In this document: positions 9,181 through 17,742 of the stretch, piece after piece
How positions within the stretch are numbered: position 1 is the stretch's first letter
How the letters are laid out: every line of letters begins with the position of its first letter
DNA from: Parcubacteria group bacterium GW2011_GWA2_42_14
Lineage (GTDB): Bacteria > Patescibacteriota > Minisyncoccia > Sungbacterales > GWA2-42-14
DNA: 64,000 nucleotides
Direction: 5' to 3'
Assembly (NCBI GenBank): GCA_000998135.1
Contig: LCCV01000004.1
Coordinates: 85,681 to 149,680, forward strand
Translations under genes and position numbers: made by a program
Notes under the pieces: generated by a model
What the model was told of the DNA's origin: nothing
Seen by the model: the letters and a program-made list of their open reading frames with translations, nothing else
Databases searched by the model: none

Positions 9181-10104
9181 ATGGCAGGAATGAATAAAAA
9201 AAGCATTTATCGGTTTGGCGTTGCTTTGGCTGTTTTGCTTTTTATTTTTGGCCTAAGTTATTTTGCGGGAAATGATGAATCGTTTTTGAATTTTAAGCCA
9301 TCGGTTGAAGTCGGTATTTTTTCTTTGTCGCCGCGCGGTCCTTCGGGCGGCCTGATTATTCCCGCTTCCTGCCCTTCTTATGAGCATTATCCGGGAGAGT
9401 GTACGGCGCCGCCGTCGCCATTTGCCGATATTAGAGCGAATGCCACCGGTGATCCGAACTGGGTAAATGGTTCAGACGGGCCGCTTTCTATTGTAAATAA
9501 TACGGCGGTTACTGTTACTTGGATATCTAGTGACGCTGGTTCTTGCACTGTTACAAAAAACGGCGGCGCTTGTAGTCTTGGTTCGGATAGTTGTACAGCG
9601 TTAAATCTTGACCCCGGTACGCTTAATAATTCCGGTTCGCTTACCGGAGGACCGTTTAGATACAGCATAAATTGTAGTGGAGCAAGTGATGCTGTGAATA
9701 TAAGTATTCAGACGATTAATGCCTGCACCGACGGTTTGGATAATGACGGTGATGGTTTGCGGGATTGGGATGACGGTATTGCCAACGGCGTTATGCCTCC
9801 TGCCGGTTTTTCGGCTGACCCGGGATGCACTAGTTCTTCTGATACAGACGAAGTCAATAGATACGTTTGCAGTCAGGGAGTTTGTTCTTCTGCTGAAGGA
9901 GTCGGCATTAATAACGGCGGATGTTCTTATAATAGATTATCTGCCCGTTGCGCCCTAACCCAGTGCAATGACGGTATTGATAATGATGGCGACGGAAAAA
10001 CGGATTTTCCGGCGGATTTAGGATGCACCAGCGTAAATGACAACAATGAAGGAAATATTCCGGGGATTTTCAAAGAGTGCGACCCGGGACTGTTGACTTG
10101 TTAA
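9181..10104 (+). CDS. Cys-rich surface protein with Ca-binding DxDxDG repeats
   Basis: N-terminal TM; CTDGLDNDGDGLRDW...DPGC and CNDGIDNDGDGKTDFPADLGC repeats. Confidence 0.85.
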   Translation: MAGMNKKSIYRFGVALAVLLFIFGLSYFAGNDESFLNFKPSVEVGIFSLSPRGPSGGLIIPASCPSYEHYPGECTAPPSPFADIRANATGDPNWVNGSDGPLSIVNNTAVTVTWISSDAGSCTVTKNGGACSLGSDSCTALNLDPGTLNNSGSLTGGPFRYSINCSGASDAVNISIQTINACTDGLDNDGDGLRDWDDGIANGVMPPAGFSADPGCTSSSDTDEVNRYVCSQGVCSSAEGVGINNGGCSYNRLSARCALTQCNDGIDNDGDGKTDFPADLGCTSVNDNNEGNIPGIFKECDPGLLTC

Positions 10105-10152
10105 TAAATAGTCGCTAAACAATCGCTAATTTTGTCGCGAATTTTCTCTAAA

Positions 10153-10298
10153 AGACCGTTGAATAATTATTTTACTCCCCGAGCAGAGTCGAGGGGTTAC
10201 TTTATTTAAAGCCCAAAAGTTTATGGTGAGTTAATCGAACCATTATCTTTCGATAAACTCAGGGAATAACTTTTGAGCTGTTATGCAACGGTATCTCT
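10153..10298. mobile_element. MITE/REP mosaic (inverted copy of 6942..7085)
   Basis: AGACCGTTGAATAA...GTTATGCAACGGTATCT termini; internal sequence matches the reverse complement of 6942..7085. Confidence 0.8.
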
Positions 10299-10358
10299 AA
10301 TGCGGGTAGACAATACCCGTATTTTATTGTAAGCTTAAAAAAGTATAAAAATGAAAAT

Positions 10359-10430
10359 GCCGGAGTAGCTCAGTGGCAGAGCAACGCATTCGTAACGCGT
10401 AGGTCGTGGGTTCGACTCCCATCTCCGGCT
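10359..10430 (+). tRNA. tRNA-Thr(CGT)
   Basis: GCCGGAG/CTCCGGC acceptor stem, TAGCTCAGTGGCAGAGC D-arm, anticodon loop TTCGTAA, GGTTCGACTCC T-arm; no encoded CCA. Confidence 0.95.
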
Positions 10431-10467
10431 ATTTCATTTTTTATGTTTTTATGTTAATATAATAACG

Positions 10468-11677
10468 ATGGAAGAACTGAAGGAAAAACTCGCAGAATTG
10501 GAAAATAAAGCCCGCGAATTGGCGGACCGTCTTTGACTTGCCTAAAAAAGAGCTGGAAATTTCGGAAATTGAAAAAGCTATGGGTATTGCCGGATTTTGG
10601 GAAGATAAGAAGCGGGCGCGGGAAATGAGTCAGGAATTAGCCGTTCTTAAGAAAGAAAAAGAGCGTTGGGACGTATTTTTTGATGAAATAAAGACGCTCA
10701 AGGAATTGTTGGAAATTTTAGTTCACCCCGTTAGAAGTCCGGCAATGGCTTCTTTGAGCGGAAAGGAAGGCGAAGCCGACTTAGGCCTTAGTCCATCTTC
10801 CAACAAAAGCGCTTTTCAGACTTCTAATGGGGCAAAAGACGAGCAGATTATTAAGGAAATTGAGGAGAGAATTAAAATCATTGAAAAAAATTTAAAAATA
10901 GTTGAAATTGAAACATTATTTGCCGGAAAATACGATAAAGGCAACGCGGTTTTGTCGGTCTATGCCGGAGCCGGAGGAAAGGATTCGGAAGATTGGGCCG
11001 CACTTCTTTTGAGAATGTACCGCAGATTTGCCGAAAAAAAAGGATGGAAGTCGCGAACCCTTCACGAGCATTGGGGAGAATCCAGCGGGCCTGCCGGCTG
11101 GGGAATAAAAAACGCGACGATTTTAATAGAAGCGCCATTTTCCTACGGATATTTGAAAAATGAATCGGGTGTGCACCGGTTGGTGCGTATTTCGCCTTTT
11201 TCCAGTCAGAGTTTGCGCCATACTTCTTTTGCCTTGGTTGATGTCATGCCAGAATTTGTGGCTCCGGAAGAAGTTGAAATAAATCCTGATGATTTAAAAA
11301 TAGATTTTTTCCGTTCATCCGGTCCGGGAGGGCAGAACGTGAACAAGCGCGAAACCGCGGTGCGCATAACTCATCTTCCGACCGGTTTGCAGGCGGCCTC
11401 ACAATCCGAAAGAACACAGGAGAGAAATCGCGAAATTGCCATGGAACTTTTGCGTTCGCGCCTTTATGCTTTTAAGTTAAAACAACAGGAACAGGAAAGA
11501 CAGGGTGTACGCAAAGAAAAAGTCGCCATAGAATGGGGCTCGCAAATCCGTTCTTACGTAATGCATCCGTATCAAATGGTAAAGGACCATAGGACGGAGG
11601 TTGAAACATCAAATATTGAAAAAGTTTTGGATGGAGGGCTGGATGAGTTTATTGATGCAGAACTTCATAAATCATGA
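10468..11677 (+). CDS. prfB: Peptide chain release factor 2 with programmed +1 frameshift
   Basis: ATG 10468 MEELKEK...ADRL, then CTT TGA C at 10531..10537; GVHRLVRISPF, SSGPGGQNVNK, WGSQIRSY. Confidence 0.97.
10726..10832. repeat. CCCCGTTAGA...TCTAACGGGG palindromic element, in frame inside prfB
   Basis: CCCCGTTAGAAGTC...GACTTCTAATGGGG encodes PVRSP...GEADL...TSNG in the RF2 N-domain. Confidence 0.88.
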
Positions 11678-11734
11678 AACATAAAACTTGAAACATAAAT
11701 TTTTTATGTTTCAGGTTTCAGGTTTCAGGTTTCA
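11674..11734. repeat. Inverted heptamer-periodic repeat
   Basis: TGAAACA-type units facing (GTTTCAG)n units between prfB and ftsE. Confidence 0.6.
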
Positions 11735-11739
11735 AAAAG

Positions 11740-12420
11740 TTGATTTTTTTTGATAATGTATCCAAAATTTATACTCCCACATCGGCGGCGTTGAAAAACG
11801 TTACTCTTAGAATTATGCCCAAAGAATTCGTTTCCATCGTGGGGGCCTCGGGCGCCGGAAAAACCACGCTTTTAAAAATGCTCATAGCCGAAGAAAAGCC
11901 GTCGGAGGGCAGGATTTTTTTGGACGGCATTGAAATAACCGGTTTATCGTATCGGGAATTGCCCAAAGTGCGGCGCAGAATCGGCACGGTTTTTCAGGAT
12001 TATAAGCTATTGCCTCAAAAAACCTCTTTTGAAAATATTGCCTTTGCCATGGAGGCGGCCGGTTTAGCTGATGAAGAAATTAAAGAAAGCGTCCCCCAAG
12101 TTCTTGAACTTGTCGGACTTTTGGATAAATCAGACAGTTTCCCGCATGAACTTTCCGGAGGAGAAAAACAAAGAGTGGCTATTGCCCGTGCTTTGGTGAA
12201 TCGCCCGGAAGTAATTATGGCTGACGAGCCGACCGGGAATTTAGACCCCATCAACACCTGGGAAATTGTAAAACTTCTTGTTAAGATAAATGAATTGGGA
12301 ACAACCGTGATTTTGGCAACGCATAACAAGGAAATCGTTGATGACCTCGGCCGAAGGGTGGTAGCATTGGAGAACGGCCAGATTGTGATGGATGAAGAGA
12401 AAGGAAAATATGTTATTTAA
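11740..12420 (+). CDS. ftsE: Cell division ATP-binding protein FtsE
   Basis: [45 protein letters not shown]; followed by ftsX. Confidence 0.95.
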   Translation: MIFFDNVSKIYTPTSAALKNVTLRIMPKEFVSIVGASGAGKTTLLKMLIAEEKPSEGRIFLDGIEITGLSYRELPKVRRRIGTVFQDYKLLPQKTSFENIAFAMEAAGLADEEIKESVPQVLELVGLLDKSDSFPHELSGGEKQRVAIARALVNRPEVIMADEPTGNLDPINTWEIVKLLVKINELGTTVILATHNKEIVDDLGRRVVALENGQIVMDEEKGKYVI

Positions 12421-12496
12421 ATCGCCAATCCGTCGCTAATTTTTTCGCGAATGGTTCGACGAGCTCACCACAGGCATTCGCGAATGAAATTCGAGA

Positions 12497-13423
12497 TTGA
12501 TTAGTGATTATTGTATTTTGAAGTCAACTTTCAACAGAATGCTCAAATCTTCCTGGCTCTCGTTTTCCAGAAACGGCTGGCTTTCCACGGCTACGATTTT
12601 GGTAATGACTCTGGCCCTTTTTGTAATCGGCGGCTTGATGCTCGCGGGCGTCCTAAGCCAGGTTGTTTTGGGGGAACTTGAAGATAAGATTGATATTGCC
12701 GTTTATTTTTATCCCAATTCATCCGAAGTTGATATTTTTAACATTAAAGACAGTATTGCCGCTCTGCCCGAAGTAAAAGAAGTAACTTATATTTCGCAGG
12801 AGCAGGCCCTGCTGGAGTTCAAGGAGCGCCACAAAACAGACCAGGTTATTTTGGGGTCTTTGGAAGAACTTGACGGAAATCCGCTTGAGGCAACTATAAA
12901 CATAAAAACCAAAGATCCATCCCGTTTTGCTGACATTGCCGGTTTTATAAAAGATAAAAAATATCCGATTGTTGATAAGATAAATTATTTTGAAAATCAG
13001 GTTGTCATAGACAAGCTTTCCAATATCATGTCTTCGGTAAGGAATACCGGTCTTGGCATAATTTTGGTTTTGGCCCTTGTTGCGGTTCTGGTAGCTTTTA
13101 ACACGGTCCGCATTGCCATTTGGTCCGCTAGAGAAGAAATAAATATTATGCGCCTGGTCGGAGCTTCTTCATGGTTTGTTCGCGGGCCGTTTATATTTGA
13201 AGGCGTTATTCACGGCGTTACTTCCGGAGGGCTGGCTTCTTTGCTTTTTTATCCAGCTTTGTGGGTTTTGTCGCCGAAACTTTTGGTGGTTGTTCCTTCC
13301 ATAGACCTTTATGCGTATTTCCAGAATAATTTTCTTCAATTTGCCGGAATTTTAATGGGTACCGGCGTGGTGCTGGGAGTTTTTTCCAGTTTTATCGCTA
13401 TCCGTAAATATTTGAAAGTATAG
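12497..13423 (+). CDS. ftsX: Cell division permease FtsX (start uncertain, 12497-12539)
   Basis: RNGWLS, NTVRIAI..REEINIMRLVGAS.WFVRGPFIFEG; four TM helices. Confidence 0.95.
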   Translation: MISDYCILKSTFNRMLKSSWLSFSRNGWLSTATILVMTLALFVIGGLMLAGVLSQVVLGELEDKIDIAVYFYPNSSEVDIFNIKDSIAALPEVKEVTYISQEQALLEFKERHKTDQVILGSLEELDGNPLEATINIKTKDPSRFADIAGFIKDKKYPIVDKINYFENQVVIDKLSNIMSSVRNTGLGIILVLALVAVLVAFNTVRIAIWSAREEINIMRLVGASSWFVRGPFIFEGVIHGVTSGGLASLLFYPALWVLSPKLLVVVPSIDLYAYFQNNFLQFAGILMGTGVVLGVFSSFIAIRKYLKV

Positions 13424-13518
13424 GTAGTTGGAATTTTAAATTTTTCCAAAATAATGCTAATATAAAAACGCCTTTTCTTTTAGGGCGTTTTATATTTATA
13501 GTGAGTACGCTGAATCGT

Positions 13519-13539
13519 TGCGGGATCGTCTAATGGTAG
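13519..13539 (+). pseudogene. 5' fragment of a tRNA-Gln gene
   Basis: TGCGGGATCGTCTAATGGTAG is a 5' acceptor strand plus D-arm typical of tRNA-Gln, then abruptly interrupted. Confidence 0.7.
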
Positions 13540-13571
13540 AAAAAGTTTTCAGTGCGTGGTAGAGTAGATGT

Positions 13572-14141
13572 ATGCCTAGAAATTTGAATAAAGGACTGAC
13601 TAAACATACGCATCCTTCTCTTTTCAAAATTTCACAAACAATGAAATGGCCACATTGAATCTTTCAAGAACCGAACGGCTTCTCATAGCGGCAAACAGTG
13701 ATAACAAGGGATTTATAAAAAGATATTCTGGGCTTATTTTGAACGTCATTCAAAAACAACCGACGGTAGCAAAAGTAAAAAATGTGAAGTGTTTCCGAAT
13801 CAGTGTATATGAAAAATATATTAGTAAGCGGCTTGGTATACCGATTGGTGCTCGTAAAAATAAAAAGATAGAAATTCCTAACCGGATTTTAAAAAGCGAG
13901 GTTAACATAATAAGGTATCTCCGAGGGCTATACGAGGCGGAAGGGAGTTTTTGTGTGCATAAGGCCACGAGTACATATAAATTTCTTTTCTTCTAGGAAT
14001 AAATCTCTTATTAGAAATGTAGAAATGTTATTAAGAAGGTTAAACTTTCATCTTCATATCAGTAGTCATCAAGTACAGATTTCGAAAAAAGAAGAATTCT
14101 ATAGAGCCATTGATTTGTTAAAATTTCGCTATTATGTATAG
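13572..14141 (+). pseudogene. Degenerate LAGLIDADG homing endonuclease
   Basis: ATG 13572 MPRNLNKGLTKHTHPS; frame change into RTERLLIAANSDN...RYLRGLYEAEGS (LAGLIDADG helix); second frameshift near 13990 into RNKSLIRNV...QISKKEE. The first LAGLIDADG helix appears to be missing. Confidence 0.8.
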
Positions 14142-14163
14142 AAAGTTTTCTTGCGCCTATGCC

Positions 14164-14234
14164 TGCCGGGTCGGCTAACGGTAGGCCTCGAGACTCTGAA
14201 TCTCGCTATCTTGGTTCGAATCCAAGCCCGGCAG
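14164..14234 (+). tRNA. tRNA-Gln(CTG)
   Basis: TGCCGGG/CCCGGCA acceptor, anticodon arm CGAGA-CTCTGAA-TCTCG, CTTGG-TTCGAAT-CCAAG T-arm. Confidence 0.95.
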
Positions 14235-14305
14235 GCATAGGCGGAAGTGTTTGAGAGAAAAATAAGTAGTTTAAATTATAATTAGGGATTCCACGAGGGG
14301 CGGAA

Positions 14306-14324
14306 TCGAATCCAAGCCCCGCAG
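14306..14324 (+). pseudogene. 3' fragment of a tRNA-Gln gene
   Basis: TCGAATCCAAGCCCCGCAG; its CCCGCA pairs with the TGCGGG of the 13519 fragment. Confidence 0.7.
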
Positions 14325-14391
14325 TTTTAGGTTTAAACGAATGATATGGCAAAAGTAATTTATAAGTATTATTAAAATAATTATTTAATCT

Positions 14392-15228
14392 ATGAACAAT
14401 ATGTTAAAAAATTTTTTTTCTCGGATACGGTCAAGTTTTTATGACCCAAATTTCTATAATGGCGTGAAAAGCCAGCCGCTTAAGCAGGCACTGTATTTTC
14501 TACTTGGGCTTTGTGTTATCGGGGCGCTTGCTATTTCAATCAAGGTAGCGGTGGTTTTTACTCCGATGGTTAAAGATTTTTTGGACGGAAGTTTCCTTAA
14601 CAGTATTCCCGCAGAACTTGAGGTAGTGATTAAAGACGGGAAGGCGTCAACAAATGTTTTTGAGCCTTACTATATATCCGTTGACGGGAAAGAGGAGTCA
14701 ACGGAAAAATTTAAAAATATTTTAGTAATTGACAGGAGTGGCGGGGATTCAATTGACCTTCTTGAAAAGCATAGGGCATTCGCCGTTTTGACGGAAACGC
14801 GGTTGTTTGTTCAAAAAGAGAGCGGAAGTGAAATCAGAGTTCTGTCTCTTTCAAATTTTCCAAACATGACCATTAGTAGGGAAAGCGTGGCGGGGCTGCT
14901 TCAAAAATACCGGGTATATGCGTATCCCGTGATGGCTCTTGGTTTAGTTGGCGCCATTGTCGGAATCACTTTATTTTCGTTCGGGTTTTATGCGTTTATG
15001 CTTCTGCTTTTCGCCCTTGCAGTACTTATTATCGCAAAAGTTAAAAAAGTGTCGCTTTCATACGCTGAATGTTACAAAATCGGTGCGTTTGCAATAGGAC
15101 CCGCCATTGTTGCGGACGTCATTAAGGATATATTAGGAATACACCAATATTCATGGTGGTTGCTTTTCTCCCTCTTCGTTATCGTTGTTTTCCTGAATGT
15201 TCAAAAAGAGGAAGAGAGCAAGGAGTAA
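14392..15228 (+). CDS. DUF1189-like membrane protein
   Basis: SSFYDPNFY...ALYF start, TM + soluble domain + TM cluster, LSYAECYKIGAFAI. Confidence 0.75.
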   Translation: MNNMLKNFFSRIRSSFYDPNFYNGVKSQPLKQALYFLLGLCVIGALAISIKVAVVFTPMVKDFLDGSFLNSIPAELEVVIKDGKASTNVFEPYYISVDGKEESTEKFKNILVIDRSGGDSIDLLEKHRAFAVLTETRLFVQKESGSEIRVLSLSNFPNMTISRESVAGLLQKYRVYAYPVMALGLVGAIVGITLFSFGFYAFMLLLFALAVLIIAKVKKVSLSYAECYKIGAFAIGPAIVADVIKDILGIHQYSWWLLFSLFVIVVFLNVQKEEESKE

Positions 15229-15452
15229 AATCCGTTGCTATGTTTAAAAAGGATGCTTGACACCAATTAATTCAGACTGTGGCAGTCAGCTATTTTTCGT
15301 TAGGGCTAAGAACATTGAATCGTGGTGTAAGAGTGTTACGAAGCTTTAGCGAAGTATATCAAGCTATGCAATTTTGTATGCAAGTTGAACATAAAAATGA
15401 TAACTGACGCCAATATCCGTTATTCTGATACGGATATGCTAATTAAGTTAAA

Positions 15453-16286
15453 ATGGAAAAACCAGAAACATATATTCCGGTAATAAGACATTTTGAGGAT
15501 ATTGATGATCTTTTAAATTTTGGGCGTGATGGTAATTTAGTTCCCGGACAAGAAAGCAAGGCTGTTCTCATTGCTCAAGACATATATACTGAAGCGAAAA
15601 AAGAAGGTAAGGGCGCGGTCATGTTTATTTGCTCAAACAAAAAAAGAGCGATCCAAACAGCAGATTTGATTGTCGGGGAGTTAAGAAAAGTAGATGATAA
15701 GCTAAAACTTAGGATAGTTGCAGAAAAAAATTTGGATGCCATACAGCAGGGAAAGCCCATATTGCCGCCCGATTATAAGCCCGGGGATAAATTTATAGGA
15801 TTTGACCTTGCAAATAAAATATTTACAAAAGAGGTGTTTGCTTTTGATGACGGCAACCATCTTTACAAATTTGGAGACCCCGTTTTGCAAGATGACGGAA
15901 GTTATAAATATCCAGAATTAGTTCCTTATTTTGAAAGTTATGGCGAAAGTAATAGAGATTTATTGCTTAGAATTTATGACCTGATTGTCAGAATTTATGA
16001 AAAACTTGATAAACTAAATTCGAAAACAGAAGTAGTTGTTGTAACACATGCGCAACTTTATCAGATATTTAGAGATCTGAACATGGTGGCGAATATGGTC
16101 AAAAATGAAGAGTTAGAGCTTGTAACCGGTGAATTGCCTAAATTGTGCTGGAATTTATATTCCGAAAGGTTCAAGAACGAAAAGCCGACGTATGGCATTA
16201 ACTATATTTCAATAGAAAATTTACGTGACCCTGAAATGATCGGCTTATTAAAAAAAGAAATAGAACACTTAAAAAATTTAAAATAA
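15453..16286 (+). CDS. Divergent histidine-phosphatase-fold protein
   Basis: VIRHFE (RH motif), SNKKRAIQTA, YGES, VVVVTHA. Confidence 0.7.
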   Translation: MEKPETYIPVIRHFEDIDDLLNFGRDGNLVPGQESKAVLIAQDIYTEAKKEGKGAVMFICSNKKRAIQTADLIVGELRKVDDKLKLRIVAEKNLDAIQQGKPILPPDYKPGDKFIGFDLANKIFTKEVFAFDDGNHLYKFGDPVLQDDGSYKYPELVPYFESYGESNRDLLLRIYDLIVRIYEKLDKLNSKTEVVVVTHAQLYQIFRDLNMVANMVKNEELELVTGELPKLCWNLYSERFKNEKPTYGINYISIENLRDPEMIGLLKKEIEHLKNLK

Positions 16287-16293
16287 TAAAATT

Positions 16294-16779
16294 ATGAGCG
16301 ATAAATCAACACAAAAGATGAATACTAAATTTGTTGGACACCACGTTTCTTCCGGTGGCTTTATTTTCTATAAAGATAAAAAAAGGGGGGAGCTTTTTGT
16401 GCTACTTACTAAAAACAAAAAGAATGAGTACTGGATACCAAAAGGGCATATTGAAGAGAATGAAGATCATGTAGTTGCCGCTTCCAGAGAGATAGAAGAG
16501 GAAGTTGGATTAAATAAAAACCAGATGGCATATGTGGGCCTTAGCCATCTTTATAAATTTTCTTTTGCCGACGATAAGGGAAATCCAAATACCAAAGAAA
16601 TTTATATGAATGTTTTTGAGGCAAGGGAAAAGTATGATTTGAACATGGAACAAGGTGAAACAGATATTAGAGATGCGGAATGGTTTGAGTATTCAAAAGC
16701 TCTGGAGACAATCTTGCCCTTTAGTAAGAACGAATTGGTTGGGGCAAGGGAAATGTTCGAAAAATATCTACAAAAATAG
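16294..16779 (+). CDS. NUDIX hydrolase
   Basis: Nudix box PKGHIEENEDHVVAASREIEEEVG. Confidence 0.93.
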   Translation: MSDKSTQKMNTKFVGHHVSSGGFIFYKDKKRGELFVLLTKNKKNEYWIPKGHIEENEDHVVAASREIEEEVGLNKNQMAYVGLSHLYKFSFADDKGNPNTKEIYMNVFEAREKYDLNMEQGETDIRDAEWFEYSKALETILPFSKNELVGAREMFEKYLQK

Positions 16780-16789
16780 TATTCATTTT

Positions 16790-17500
16790 ATGAGTAAAGA
16801 TTTTGAAAGTATAAAAAAAGTTTTACCAATCCAACCTTTCGCGAAAGACCTGGTTTGTTTCATTGTTTTTGGGTCTAGTGTTGTTAATAATAATATGGGA
16901 AAAATGCCTGACGATGCGGATATATGTGTTGTTGTAAATAATCGTGAGGCAGATTTACGTAAGATTTCAGAATTTATATTCGACCATTTTAAAAAACCAG
17001 ATTTCAGAATATATTTTCAAGATGAAATAGATAGTAATTTACAATTCATGGATGTTGGAGTTGGTGTTTTTGCGATGGAATATTTTGCGAATGGCATCTC
17101 ATTGTTTGGCGAGAATATTTTTATTAAAAAGTTATTAAAAATAAATAAGTCTAAGCTGAAAGAAAGTTATTTAAACAAAATTTTTGAATATATTATACGA
17201 ATAAGAGTGGCTTACATTTCAAAAAATTCAACGTATAAATATAAGATGTGGCATATCTATAAATATGTCATACGCCTCTCAATAGACATTTTGCTCTACA
17301 ATGGTTATATTGTTTATGGTGATTTGAAAGGTTTGACAAAGTATGAAATTTTTAATTTGTGTAAAAAACATAATATCGTTAAAAAAAGTACTGTGATAGA
17401 TTTTGATAATCTGGAGAAAATGTATGAATTATTTAAAGAAATAAATATATATGTTGTAAATTCTCATACCGGCAAAATTAAAACTAAAATTAATAGCTAG
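16790..17500 (+). CDS. Pol-beta-like nucleotidyltransferase with helical C-domain
   Basis: IVFGSSV...PDDADICVVV (GS/DxD motif); helical C-terminus. Confidence 0.8.
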   Translation: MSKDFESIKKVLPIQPFAKDLVCFIVFGSSVVNNNMGKMPDDADICVVVNNREADLRKISEFIFDHFKKPDFRIYFQDEIDSNLQFMDVGVGVFAMEYFANGISLFGENIFIKKLLKINKSKLKESYLNKIFEYIIRIRVAYISKNSTYKYKMWHIYKYVIRLSIDILLYNGYIVYGDLKGLTKYEIFNLCKKHNIVKKSTVIDFDNLEKMYELFKEINIYVVNSHTGKIKTKINS

Positions 17501-17577
17501 GCCTTACAACAAAAAGTTACAAATGTATGTGCGTGGTCTTAATGCAGGAGGTTCGATACCGGAGCGGTTAGTTATAG

Positions 17578-17610
17578 CATTTTTTAGACACCATCGGTGT
17601 CTAAAAAATG
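17578..17610. repeat. Palindrome
   Basis: CATTTTTTAGACACC-ATC-GGTGTCTAAAAAATG. Confidence 0.7.
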
Positions 17611-17742
17611 GTTTAAACAACCCCTTGATTTATTTATCGTATGGGAGTAGAATAATGGCATAGATTAGTTATTAATTTTCGTCATTTGGTAGGCCCCTTT
17701 AGGGGCTTTTCTCTTGGTTTAAGGGTATTTTATTTTAGTCAT

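Noticed and set aside
13540-14160. Group I intron in the tRNA
   Set aside because: No P7/catalytic core was recognisable by eye, joining the outer fragments gives no anticodon arm, and a complete tRNA lies inside. Infernal is needed to exclude it formally.
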